From: a virus
Taxonomy: Duplodnaviria; Heunggongvirae; Uroviricota; Caudoviricetes
Strand: one strand, 5' to 3'
DNA length: 64,000 nt
IMG/VR virus record: IMGVR_UViG_3300042349_000626
Under the pieces are notes generated by a model that was not told where the DNA came from, did no database searches, and saw only the letters and a list, made by a program, of their open reading frames with translations. Below are positions 30,646 through 41,032 of the stretch, piece by piece; position 1 is the first letter of the stretch; each line of letters opens with the position of its first letter. A program made the translations under genes and the position numbers.

Positions 30646-33600
30646 ATGAGTTTTCAATTTAATTCTGACAAGGAAATCATTAAAGGAGTTAATCCAAAAC
30701 TCGTTGGTAGTAATGAACTTACTATTAGATCTGGTGTTGGTGCCTCAGAAAAAGAAATTTTCCGAGCACAGTTAGATAGTTTAACTGGTCTTCCTCGAAT
30801 TGGTATTAATAGAACTGGACGAAGAGTAGAAAGTATTAAAGTTAATCCTGGTCAGGGAGGCACTGGATACAGTCTCACTCCAAATGTTACATTAAGTCCT
30901 CCAGATTTATCAGATGGAATTCAGGCATTAGCATCTGCTATTATCACAAATGGTTCTGTTGTTGCTATTATTGTAGATGAAGTTGGTGATGGTTATCTCA
31001 CTGCTCCATCAGTAACTATTACTGGAGGTAATGGAGCTGGAGCGTCAGCTACAGCATTTCTGGATACAGTAGATTTTGAATTAGATATTAATGGTGCTAT
31101 CAGAACATCCACATCAATTATTTCTGATACTGCTAGAATTCTTAACTTAGATATTGATAATTTTATAACTCCAGATGCTAGTTTTAGAGCACCAAATCTA
31201 AAAACATGGGCAAATAATACAGGAATTCAATTTGTTCCTAATGTAATTTTACAGAAAGGTGCCTATAGATACGCTGGCGATAATGTTTACGAGGCATTAA
31301 ATGCAGGAACTCTTAGTTCAACAATTCCAACTCACATAGATGGAGTTGTTTTAAATGGCGAAGTTCAGTTAAAACACATTGGTTATAGAGTAGTTGATGT
31401 AAATGCCCCATATTATAATCAAACTGGAAATAGTGGTATTTTCCCTCGTTCAATTACTCCACAATTGGGTGATAGATCTGATAAAATTGCTACCACAGAA
31501 TACGTTTTAAATCTTGCCACTAACGACGTTGGTGGTCGTGTATATGTTTCAGCTCAAATTGGTAATGATGAAAGTGATGGTCGTTCTGCTGTTGCTCCAG
31601 TAAGAACAATTAAAAGAGCCTGCCAGATTGCTTCGGCATCAGTTGGTATCAAAGAAACTGTTATCATTTCTGGCGGCGATTATCTAGAAGATAACCCAAT
31701 TTCAATTCCAGCTGACTGTTCAATTGTTGGTGATAACTTACGTTTAGTTATCGTAAGACCACAAAATCCCCGTAAACATATGTTTAAATTTGGGGATAAA
31801 AATTATCTTACGGGAATAGTTTTTAGAGATCAAATTGATAGCAATGGCGATGTTGTTGCTACTTGGGACTTTGCTATGGTCTTTGATGACAAGCAAAGAA
31901 TTTATTATGATTCTACCACTGGCGGAGATTTTGGTAGAAATTTCCCAATCGGTCATCAAATTTTTGGTCCACCTAGAATTAGAGTAACTTTCCAAAATCA
32001 CACTGGAGGAACGGAATTAATTGCTGGATTAAGTGTTTCTGGTGTCAACACTGGTTCAACTGGTTTAATTGCCGCTGTAACTTTTGAAAGTACAACTGGT
32101 CCCGATGCTTATGTAAATGGAACTATTGACGTTGACATTACCAGTGGTTCATTTAACACTGGAGAAACATTTGAATATACTATTGGTGTGTCTCCGTCCC
32201 AACAAACTTATGAGTTTGTTTCTACCGATATTAGATCAATTAGAGCAGAAGGTGAAGTTGTATCTCAAAATAAAGATTTAGTATCAAGTTTACCTATCGT
32301 AAGAATTGATTTTTCTCAACAAGGAACCCCAGAAACTTCTGAAGGTGGTTTTCAATACGATCCAGCAGAGGATAATTCGGGTGGTATTATTTTCTACACC
32401 AACGCTCTAGTTGGTAGACAAAATGTTCATGATTTCAAAGAAGGTCAGCAAATTGAGATTAGTGGTCTTCCCACATCAGGACCAGATCTTTCTTACTTAA
32501 ATGGTAAGCAAAGAATTTATAAAATTCTTCGTGATGCTGACGGAAGATCTAGAAGATTTATTATTCAAAATAAACAGGACGATAACTTAACTGATTCTAA
32601 TTTTATTCCTAATAATGCTTCCGTCAAATCATATGATTATTCAGTAACTTTATCACTTCTAAACTCACCAAACAAATTTGGTGTTGCTGAATCGGTATCA
32701 AGAAGGTTTCAGGATGCTTGTATTTTAATTCGTAACAATATTCCATTTATTGTTGATGAAGCCTACTTACAAATTCAAGAAGAATTTTCATATCTAAATG
32801 TTCCAAATGAGGCAAAATGCCGTAGGGATATTGGTCATTTTGTAAATGCTCTTATTCGTGATTTAGAATATGGCGGCAACTATAATGTCATAGAAGCTGC
32901 CAAATCGTATATACAAAACGCTCAAGTTGCTTATCTGTCAACTGAAATTACCGAATCAGTAAGAGCATACGAAATTGCCAAAGATCTTGCTATTCTAGCA
33001 ATGAGACGTTGGAGAACTGGTAATGGACAACTTACTGCTCCACTATACACTCCACAGTATTCATCTATTGCTAGATACATTGATCCAACTGTCATTCAGG
33101 ACTCTGTAGGAGCCGCCTGTGAGGACGTAGAAAGTGCTATTACTGCCCTTGGGTATGTTTTCACAGAAGTACTTACAAACAATGCTAGCGGGCGTTTCCT
33201 GGACAGTGCTGAGTTGATTGCTCGTAATACTGAGTTAATCACAGAAGAAGCAATTGGACGTACATTGGCAGAGTACCCAACTTTAAATCTTAATGACGAA
33301 GCTTCAGAAACAAATAGATTTAAGGATGCTGCTAATTTAATTTTTGCTAACAAACAAGAAATTCAAGATAAATCATTAGCAGAAATTTCAGTCGAATACA
33401 GTGAGTCTGCTTGGGGAACTGATTGGATTATTCCTGGCGACACAATCAACCAAGCAAATAAGAGATATCTAGATTCATATAGATTAATTCAAAAAAATAG
33501 AACTCAAATTATTGATGACGCTTGGACAGCATTAGTTGCTCAATATCCTGGTGTAAGTTCGACCCAAACAAAATGTAAAAGAGATCTAGGTTATTTTGTA

Positions 33601-36600
33601 GATGCTGTTTCGCTGGATGTATTCTTGGGCGGCAACAAGTATGCCAGAAAGTTTACTCTACAGTACTTCAATAATGGATCGCCAATTTCTAATGGATTAG
33701 TTGGCGAAGAAACACAATCTGTATACGCCTTCAATCAAGCTAGAGATTTGATGAAGTCAGCAATTACTAATCAGCTGACTTATAAAGATTTAACAATTAC
33801 AGCAGATCCAGTAACTGGTTCTAATACATCTGCTTCTTCTTGTTCCGATGTAAGAACAAACATTGATAACTTAGTTAGTATAATTACCACAGTAATTACT
33901 GCTGGAAACACTACATCATTACCATCAGAAAATGCTGGTACTATTTTCAGTGGTTCTACTAAGTGCAGAAGAGATATTGGTTATTTTGTTACCGCTATTG
34001 CTAACGATTTGATTAGTGGTGGTAACTCAAATATTATTGAAGTTGCTCAATCATATTTTAATAATGGAACTCCCATTAGCAATGGTTTAGTAGGTGAAGT
34101 AGCACAGTCCGTAGTTGCTTTCAACAAAGCAAAAGCTGTAATTAAGCTAGCAATTACCAATCAACTATATTCAAAAGATTTAACAATTACAGCTGACCCT
34201 GCTACAGGTAGCAATACAAATATAAACTCTTGTGCTAATGTTCAATCAGCAGTTGATACTCTTGCTGCTATTGCCATTACTGCTGTTACTAACGGCAATT
34301 TAAATTCATTGCCTACAGTAAATACTGGCACATTCAGTAGATACATTACTTGTAAGAGAGATATTAGATACATTCTTTCTGCTATAAGAAGAGATTTAAC
34401 TCTCGGCGGAAATGCTGGTATGCTTACCGCTGCCGAAGCATACTTTACTGGTGCTCAATTAACTGGTATTCCAGAAGAAGAGTTATCACCAACTCGTTAT
34501 GCTTTCGTACAGGTAAGAGATCTTGCCATTTTGGCAATGAGAAATTGGAAAACTGGTAACGGCACTGGTCCAGTATTTGAACCAACATACACCATCAAGC
34601 AATTATATACCGATTCAACTATTGCTATTGATCCATCAACTCCTATCTGTGCTAACGTTGCTTCTGCTATTACAACATCCTTTGCTTTACTTGATGATGT
34701 ACTTTCCGGAGAAATTGCTCCTGGAGCTACAGAAAAAACATACGGCACTTTATATGACACAGTAAATATTTTATCGTATCCAGATAATACTTTATATGAT
34801 GCCGACAATAAGAGAATTACACCAAGAGCATCATGGGATGATTTGCCTTATATTGAAGCTTCTCCTTACACACAAAATGCTTCAGTTATTTCATTCCTAG
34901 GTGGTGGCGGTGCCCTTATTGATGGTAGTAAAGTTGCTCAACCAAACTGCCCATTCCCTGGTCTAGAACTTGACGGTTCGGCATCATTCCCGAATCAGGG
35001 TAAGTCAATGGTTGCTGCTCAGTTTACCATTGTTTCGTTTAATGGTACTGGATATAAACTTATTAATGATGGATACTGTCAGTTAGTTTCGGTGTTCGTT
35101 CTGTTTGCTTTTGATGGCATTCTTGCTGAATCTGGTGGATATGCTTCAGTAACTAACTCAGCGACAAACTTTGGTATCTACGCTCTTAGAGCAAGAGGTT
35201 ACAATAGTTTTGCTTATAGTTTTGACGTTGGAACGATTGTTAATGTTTCGACAACTCCAACAGGCAGAACAATATTTACTGTAGATGGTCTTGGGAGAGA
35301 ACCATTAGAGCATTATGTTGTTAAAATTGATGGCTATAGTAACGTAAATCCAGAAATTGAATATTTTGTTGATGTTGTTGCTGGCGTCACTGTTGGACCT
35401 CCTTTCTCTGCTCAAATTACTTTAGAAAGTGGTTCTGGAGATCCAGCAGAATTTATTCGTGATTCTGATAACGTAGTTGTCAGCACTGGAATTGGAGAAT
35501 TTTCTGGTAAAACTATTAGATTACATAGACCTTCTATTGTTAACTCTTCATCACATACTTGGGAATTTGCTGGTTCTGGCACGAACTATAACGCTCTACC
35601 AGAAAATGGTGGTGTTAAGGTTGATGCTAATGAGCAAGTATCTCAAGATTATGGTCGTGTTTATTGCTCAGGTACAGACGAACTTGGTGACTTTAAAGTA
35701 GGTACTTTTGCTAAGATTGAAAACAGAACTGGTAATATTACTTTTACAGGTACTGTTACAATTTCGGAAGTTGAATTCCTTAAGTTGAAAGGCGGTGATG
35801 TTGTTGTTACTGGATTTGATAACTCAAATACTCTTGGTGGTGCTAACTCTACTGACGCTAAACTACCAACTCAAAAGGCAGTTAGAGATTATATTACCAA
35901 TAACCTGGGTCCATATATTAACAAACCATATTCAACCAATGCTGTTCCTAGAGCACTTGTTGAACTAACTGATTCTGGTAAGATTTCAATTGACCAGATT
36001 CCTCCACTACGTCCATTTAATGTATACACCATAGAAGATGAAGCAGAAAGACTTTCTATCGAAGGCGCTCTTGCTGGTGATATTGCTATTCAACAGGATA
36101 CAGGAACTTCATATATTTTAAACAATGATAATGATAGTTTGTTTGTTACTTTCCCAGTTGACACTGATTTAGAATTTACTATTGGCGATATTTTCTTAGG
36201 TAGTATTTCCGAGGGTCAGATCCAATCAACTGAGTATCGTAAAGGAGTTGTTTATCAACTCAATCTTTCTGATGCTGGTTCTGGATATGTAACTCCACCA
36301 ACAGTAACAATTTCTGGAGGAAACCCTGAAGTTGGAGCCGTCCAAGCAAGTGCGGTTGCCACCATTGCTAATGGTCAAGTTGTAACTGTTCAACTAGTAG
36401 AATTTAATGGTTACGTTGGTGGTAAAGGGTATACAACTCCACCATCAGTAATATTCAGTGGTCCTGGAGGATCTGGTGTTGCTGCTCAAGGTTCTGCTCT
36501 AATTGAAAGCAGATTATACGGTGATATTGTTAATAATGTTAAAATTTCTGATACTGATACAATTTTATCAAGTAATTCACCACAAGATATTGTAAACATA

Positions 36601-39600
36601 AACAGAGTTGTAAATACCTCAGCTAATAATATAAACAATTGGGTATCACTTTCAACTACCCAAATTTCTGCTAATGATATTACTTCTGGTGTTATTTCCA
36701 CATCAAGACTTGCTAATAACTCAGATGCTGCTAACTCGTTTACATTCCTTAGAGGTGATCAAAGTTACGCCGCTGTTGTTCAGTCAATTAAAGGAGCTGA
36801 AGTAAGATACTTTGCTAGATTAATTCAACAAGCAAATAGCGGTTCATCTCAATTAGTATTCAGTACCAATTCTAATACTTTACTTGGTCACACTGTTGTT
36901 AGCAACGTATCTGGAATTGCTGCTAATACCAATATCACTGGAGTTCTAAGTGCTGCTGGAATAACAACAATATCAATTAACAATCCATTAACTCAAAATA
37001 TTCCTTCAGGAACAGTTATTGAATTTTTAAGAGGAGCTTCTCCACTTACTTTCGAATCTTCACTAACTCAAGGTAATTTTGTTGATAATGTTGTTATTGC
37101 TAATGGTGGTTCTGGATACACCAGCGGTCAGTATTTTGACGTTGGGTTAACTGGTGGTTCTGGTACTGGACTTCGTGGAAACATTATAGTTTCTGGTGGA
37201 GTTGTTACAGAAGTTACTGTGACAAATAGTGGCATAAACTACACGGGAGACTTTAATATCACCTCCGCTCCTGCTGTAATTGGATCTGGAGTTGGACTCG
37301 TTCTTGCTGCCAAAATAAGCACAGTTAATCGCCAGTATGCTAATACTTCAGTTGATATTCAACGAGTTACTGATCTAACTATTTCTGCTGATGCTTTTGG
37401 TACAGTTGGTGTTGCTAGATTCCTCAAATCCCAATTCCTTATTGGACAGGGAGGAAATGGTTCCGTACAGTTAAAAACTGGTCCTGATAGTGGTCTTGAT
37501 GCTGACTTACTTGACGGTGCTCAAGGTGCTTTCTATCTAAACGCTAGCAACTTAAACTCTGGTACTGTATCAACAGATCGTCTTTCTGGAACATATAACA
37601 TCAGTATTTCTGGACAATCTGGTAACACACTTCGTTTGATTTCGTCCACATCAAACCCAACTTCAAACCCATCTCCAAGCAATTTTGCTACTGGTGTTAT
37701 TGCCGATACTAAAAATAACAGTGCTGATGGTTTGAATGATGGTGGAACTAGACACTTAGTAATGTCCATCAGAAACGGTGGTGCTGGTTTCGATGCTACT
37801 TTCGGTGGTGTTAGACAGCTAGCATTTACTGATAATGACAATATGTGGATTCGTGGTTCTGGTAATAATGTTACTGAATTTGGATCTTGGGGTAAGGTTT
37901 GGACTTCGCTGAACGATGGACCAGGAACTGATCTGGATGCCGACCGTCTCGATAATCGCCAAGGTACTTGGTATCAAAATGCTCTAAACATTAACTTTGG
38001 AACTATTAGTGATAATAGATTACCAGAATATCAAACCACAAAGAGTTTCAATAACTCCATTAAAGTTCTCACAACAACAAACAATCCAAGATATAAAATT
38101 TACTTAAGTGGTGTATTGTTATCCACTGCTCCTTTCTTAGCTGGTTTAGAAGTCAATCTATACAATGCTAATGGTCAGGGAACAGGAACAATTTTAATTA
38201 CAAACGTAGAAACAATTGATGATGCTAATGATAACACCAATGATTATACTATCATTACTGGCTCTTTACAAACAGGAACATTTATTGGTGCTCTAACAAT
38301 TGGTACAGCAAGTAATAGAATAGCGTTCCAAGATTTCAGCCTTGATATAACAGGAACATATCAAACTGCTTCACTTGATAGTGATGGCGGTATTGCCAGA
38401 TTGAAGTTGGGTAGAAAGGATGGTTTCTCATCATCTCCCGCCATCTACTTTAACTCCAGCCAATTAGCAGCAACCAATTACAATGCTGCTATCGTATCAT
38501 CTGGTGGTAACGCTACTGACGGCAGTGGATCTCTTAATGTTATTGTTTCTGGTGCTAACGGTTTAACAGTTAATAGCAACACAGTTTGGAACGCTGGTAA
38601 TGTAACATTTAATAGCACCAACGTTGTAAGCACTGCTGTAATTCGTGATGCTTCTGGCAACTTTGCTGCTGGCACAATCACTGCTGCTTTAACTGGTGCT
38701 GCTTCACTTAACGTATTGAAGACAGGCGACACCATGACTGGTTCGCTATCAATTACAGGAGCAAACAGCAACTTGAGTGTTGGCGGAACTCTTGGTGTTA
38801 CTGGAAATACTACTTTAAGTGCTAATTTAACTGTAGATACAAACACACTTCATGTAGATGCTACAAATAATCGTGTTGGTGTTGGATTAACTAACCCATC
38901 TACAGATTTACATTTATACAAAGCTGGCGGCACTCAGTTAAGACTCGAATCCGATTCAAACTCAGCAGCAAACGAAATTAGTTTAAGAACTCCAGCAGGA
39001 AGAACTGCTAGAATTCTTTCTGCCTATACTAACCCAGCAGCGACTGCCGAAACATATATAGCATTCCATACAAATGTAACAGGCTCTAATAATGATACTG
39101 TTGCAGAAGCAATGCGTATCAAAGGTCCAAATGTCGGTATTGGCACAAATGACCCATCTAATTTACTACAAGTTAATGGTTCCACACAAACCAATTCTTT
39201 AGTATCTATCAATAGCATCACCATTAATAATGCTTCCGGAAATTCTGGCGCTCCGTTACTATTCTTAGGTTCTTCTGGATTCAGAAACTTCCGTATCGGC
39301 AATCAATTACTTGCTAACGATATTTTTGAAATCACCCCATCCACCGCCATTGGTGGATCTACCTGGGCGTCTGTTCCATCATTAGCTATTCGTGGTGCTG
39401 ATGGCAATATAGCTATTGGATCCACAACTTTTGCTAATCCAGGCAATACAATTTTATATAAGTTAAATGTTAATGGTAATATTAACTTTAATGGTACTCT
39501 TTATCAGAATGATGTTGCTTTCGTAACTTCGAGATGGACACAATCTACTAATGGATCTGATATTCATAGATTATCAAGAGTTGGTATTGGTGTTGCTGAT

Positions 39601-39873
39601 CCAACATATACATTACAAGTTGGTGGATCTGCTAATACTGGTGTTAATATTCAAGGAACTAACTTCTCAGGTGGTGTTAATAACTCAGTTCTATACGCAA
39701 ATGCTGACAGACAATGGTTAGATACTTATGGAATATTTAAATCAAATAGAAACACTATCGCCGAAAACGTCACTATTCCAACAAATACTAATTCCGTAAG
39801 TACTGGGCCAATCACCATAAATACTGGTGTAACAGTTACTATCACGGCTGGCGGTACTTGGAGGATTGTATAA
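30646..39873 (+). CDS. giant tail-fibre/spike protein with a beta-helix domain and four phycobiliprotein-like repeats
   Basis: Beta-helix start YVS...GND..DG.S...PVRTIKRA...G.Y.EDNPI...SIVGDNLR. Four C-x-R-D..GGN repeats. LDADLLDG knobs and VGIG..P shaft repeats in the C-terminal third. Confidence 0.8.
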   Translation: MSFQFNSDKEIIKGVNPKLVGSNELTIRSGVGASEKEIFRAQLDSLTGLPRIGINRTGRRVESIKVNPGQGGTGYSLTPNVTLSPPDLSDGIQALASAIITNGSVVAIIVDEVGDGYLTAPSVTITGGNGAGASATAFLDTVDFELDINGAIRTSTSIISDTARILNLDIDNFITPDASFRAPNLKTWANNTGIQFVPNVILQKGAYRYAGDNVYEALNAGTLSSTIPTHIDGVVLNGEVQLKHIGYRVVDVNAPYYNQTGNSGIFPRSITPQLGDRSDKIATTEYVLNLATNDVGGRVYVSAQIGNDESDGRSAVAPVRTIKRACQIASASVGIKETVIISGGDYLEDNPISIPADCSIVGDNLRLVIVRPQNPRKHMFKFGDKNYLTGIVFRDQIDSNGDVVATWDFAMVFDDKQRIYYDSTTGGDFGRNFPIGHQIFGPPRIRVTFQNHTGGTELIAGLSVSGVNTGSTGLIAAVTFESTTGPDAYVNGTIDVDITSGSFNTGETFEYTIGVSPSQQTYEFVSTDIRSIRAEGEVVSQNKDLVSSLPIVRIDFSQQGTPETSEGGFQYDPAEDNSGGIIFYTNALVGRQNVHDFKEGQQIEISGLPTSGPDLSYLNGKQRIYKILRDADGRSRRFIIQNKQDDNLTDSNFIPNNASVKSYDYSVTLSLLNSPNKFGVAESVSRRFQDACILIRNNIPFIVDEAYLQIQEEFSYLNVPNEAKCRRDIGHFVNALIRDLEYGGNYNVIEAAKSYIQNAQVAYLSTEITESVRAYEIAKDLAILAMRRWRTGNGQLTAPLYTPQYSSIARYIDPTVIQDSVGAACEDVESAITALGYVFTEVLTNNASGRFLDSAELIARNTELITEEAIGRTLAEYPTLNLNDEASETNRFKDAANLIFANKQEIQDKSLAEISVEYSESAWGTDWIIPGDTINQANKRYLDSYRLIQKNRTQIIDDAWTALVAQYPGVSSTQTKCKRDLGYFVDAVSLDVFLGGNKYARKFTLQYFNNGSPISNGLVGEETQSVYAFNQARDLMKSAITNQLTYKDLTITADPVTGSNTSASSCSDVRTNIDNLVSIITTVITAGNTTSLPSENAGTIFSGSTKCRRDIGYFVTAIANDLISGGNSNIIEVAQSYFNNGTPISNGLVGEVAQSVVAFNKAKAVIKLAITNQLYSKDLTITADPATGSNTNINSCANVQSAVDTLAAIAITAVTNGNLNSLPTVNTGTFSRYITCKRDIRYILSAIRRDLTLGGNAGMLTAAEAYFTGAQLTGIPEEELSPTRYAFVQVRDLAILAMRNWKTGNGTGPVFEPTYTIKQLYTDSTIAIDPSTPICANVASAITTSFALLDDVLSGEIAPGATEKTYGTLYDTVNILSYPDNTLYDADNKRITPRASWDDLPYIEASPYTQNASVISFLGGGGALIDGSKVAQPNCPFPGLELDGSASFPNQGKSMVAAQFTIVSFNGTGYKLINDGYCQLVSVFVLFAFDGILAESGGYASVTNSATNFGIYALRARGYNSFAYSFDVGTIVNVSTTPTGRTIFTVDGLGREPLEHYVVKIDGYSNVNPEIEYFVDVVAGVTVGPPFSAQITLESGSGDPAEFIRDSDNVVVSTGIGEFSGKTIRLHRPSIVNSSSHTWEFAGSGTNYNALPENGGVKVDANEQVSQDYGRVYCSGTDELGDFKVGTFAKIENRTGNITFTGTVTISEVEFLKLKGGDVVVTGFDNSNTLGGANSTDAKLPTQKAVRDYITNNLGPYINKPYSTNAVPRALVELTDSGKISIDQIPPLRPFNVYTIEDEAERLSIEGALAGDIAIQQDTGTSYILNNDNDSLFVTFPVDTDLEFTIGDIFLGSISEGQIQSTEYRKGVVYQLNLSDAGSGYVTPPTVTISGGNPEVGAVQASAVATIANGQVVTVQLVEFNGYVGGKGYTTPPSVIFSGPGGSGVAAQGSALIESRLYGDIVNNVKISDTDTILSSNSPQDIVNINRVVNTSANNINNWVSLSTTQISANDITSGVISTSRLANNSDAANSFTFLRGDQSYAAVVQSIKGAEVRYFARLIQQANSGSSQLVFSTNSNTLLGHTVVSNVSGIAANTNITGVLSAAGITTISINNPLTQNIPSGTVIEFLRGASPLTFESSLTQGNFVDNVVIANGGSGYTSGQYFDVGLTGGSGTGLRGNIIVSGGVVTEVTVTNSGINYTGDFNITSAPAVIGSGVGLVLAAKISTVNRQYANTSVDIQRVTDLTISADAFGTVGVARFLKSQFLIGQGGNGSVQLKTGPDSGLDADLLDGAQGAFYLNASNLNSGTVSTDRLSGTYNISISGQSGNTLRLISSTSNPTSNPSPSNFATGVIADTKNNSADGLNDGGTRHLVMSIRNGGAGFDATFGGVRQLAFTDNDNMWIRGSGNNVTEFGSWGKVWTSLNDGPGTDLDADRLDNRQGTWYQNALNINFGTISDNRLPEYQTTKSFNNSIKVLTTTNNPRYKIYLSGVLLSTAPFLAGLEVNLYNANGQGTGTILITNVETIDDANDNTNDYTIITGSLQTGTFIGALTIGTASNRIAFQDFSLDITGTYQTASLDSDGGIARLKLGRKDGFSSSPAIYFNSSQLAATNYNAAIVSSGGNATDGSGSLNVIVSGANGLTVNSNTVWNAGNVTFNSTNVVSTAVIRDASGNFAAGTITAALTGAASLNVLKTGDTMTGSLSITGANSNLSVGGTLGVTGNTTLSANLTVDTNTLHVDATNNRVGVGLTNPSTDLHLYKAGGTQLRLESDSNSAANEISLRTPAGRTARILSAYTNPAATAETYIAFHTNVTGSNNDTVAEAMRIKGPNVGIGTNDPSNLLQVNGSTQTNSLVSINSITINNASGNSGAPLLFLGSSGFRNFRIGNQLLANDIFEITPSTAIGGSTWASVPSLAIRGADGNIAIGSTTFANPGNTILYKLNVNGNINFNGTLYQNDVAFVTSRWTQSTNGSDIHRLSRVGIGVADPTYTLQVGGSANTGVNIQGTNFSGGVNNSVLYANADRQWLDTYGIFKSNRNTIAENVTIPTNTNSVSTGPITINTGVTVTITAGGTWRIV
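32704..34710 (+). repeat. four intragenic globin/phycobiliprotein-like protein repeats
   Basis: KCRRDIGHF, KCKRDLGYF, KCRRDIGYF and TCKRDIRYI. The 20-mer AAAGATTTAACAATTACAGC is identical at 33784 and 34174. Confidence 0.85.
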
Positions 39874-41004
39874 ATGTCAACACTTAATGTAGCTAGAGTT
39901 ATCTTGTCTTCTGGTTTAAAATTACCAGAATATACTACAAGTAATTTGCCAGCTGGTGAACTTGGTTTAATGGTTTATGATAGTACTGATAAAAAAATAA
40001 AAGTTTTTGATGGCGGGTGGAATTCTTTAGATAGCTCACCAATGGTTGCTACTGGCGGAACTAGTAGCGTGGCAAGTGGATTTAGAACTCATGTATTTAC
40101 TGGAGATTCAGCTTTCAATGTAACTTCAGCTGGAACAGCAGAAGTTTTAGTTGTTGCTGGTGGTGGCGGTGGTGGCGGAAGTCACCAAGGCGGCGGTGGC
40201 GGTGGTGCTGGTGGACTTGTATACCATCCAAGCAAGTATTTTCCCGTGGGTACTTATACTGTTACTGTTGGTGGTGGTGGACAAGGTGGTAGATATTATG
40301 CTGCATCCACAACAGGAAACTATGGAACTACAAACAATTCCCACGGATTTCAAGGAGGAAATAGCCAAATTGCGGATATTTTAGCAATTGGTGGTGGTGG
40401 TGGCAATGAAAGTTTTTATACTTGTAGTGTTTATAAAGATGGTGGTTCTGGTGGTGGAGGAGGGGATTACTATGCTGGAGTAGCTGCCTATGGTTGGACT
40501 GGTGGATTACCACTTCAAATGGATAGTGGTGGTGGTGTAGGTTTTGGTAATCCTGGTGGCAGCAGAGGTTATAACGGACCAACAGAAGTAGAAAACAATA
40601 GTCACGAAATACCACATGAAGGTGCTGGTGGTGGTGGCGCTGGCGGACCAGGCGGAAAGGCAATGGGAACCTTAGTTAATGCTACTGGTACTGCTACGGA
40701 TGGCGGTATTGGAATGTATTTTGAACAATTTGCTACTGTAGCAGGAGATCCTGGTGGATGGTTTGCTGGTGGTGGTGGTGGTGGATTTTATTGGTATGGT
40801 CCATACACCCCAACCAATGCCCCTGGATCTAATACAGGAGCAAAAGGTGGTGGTGGAAGAGGATATGGAGGACAATCTGCTACTGGAAACACGGCAGGTG
40901 TTGCTAATACTGGTGGTGGCGGTGGCGGTGGATCTGGAAATAACACACCACCAAATGCTCTTCCAGGAGGTTCTGGAATTGTAATAGTTCGTTATAAAAT
41001 CTAA
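39874..41004 (+). CDS. glycine-rich adhesin-like protein 1
   Basis: ATGG...HVFT, VLVVAGGGGGG, FAGGGGG and GGSGIVIVRY motifs. Confidence 0.85.
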   Translation: MSTLNVARVILSSGLKLPEYTTSNLPAGELGLMVYDSTDKKIKVFDGGWNSLDSSPMVATGGTSSVASGFRTHVFTGDSAFNVTSAGTAEVLVVAGGGGGGGSHQGGGGGGAGGLVYHPSKYFPVGTYTVTVGGGGQGGRYYAASTTGNYGTTNNSHGFQGGNSQIADILAIGGGGGNESFYTCSVYKDGGSGGGGGDYYAGVAAYGWTGGLPLQMDSGGGVGFGNPGGSRGYNGPTEVENNSHEIPHEGAGGGGAGGPGGKAMGTLVNATGTATDGGIGMYFEQFATVAGDPGGWFAGGGGGGFYWYGPYTPTNAPGSNTGAKGGGGRGYGGQSATGNTAGVANTGGGGGGGSGNNTPPNALPGGSGIVIVRYKI

Positions 41005-41032
41005 TAAATAATTTTTAAGGTATAAGAATGTT

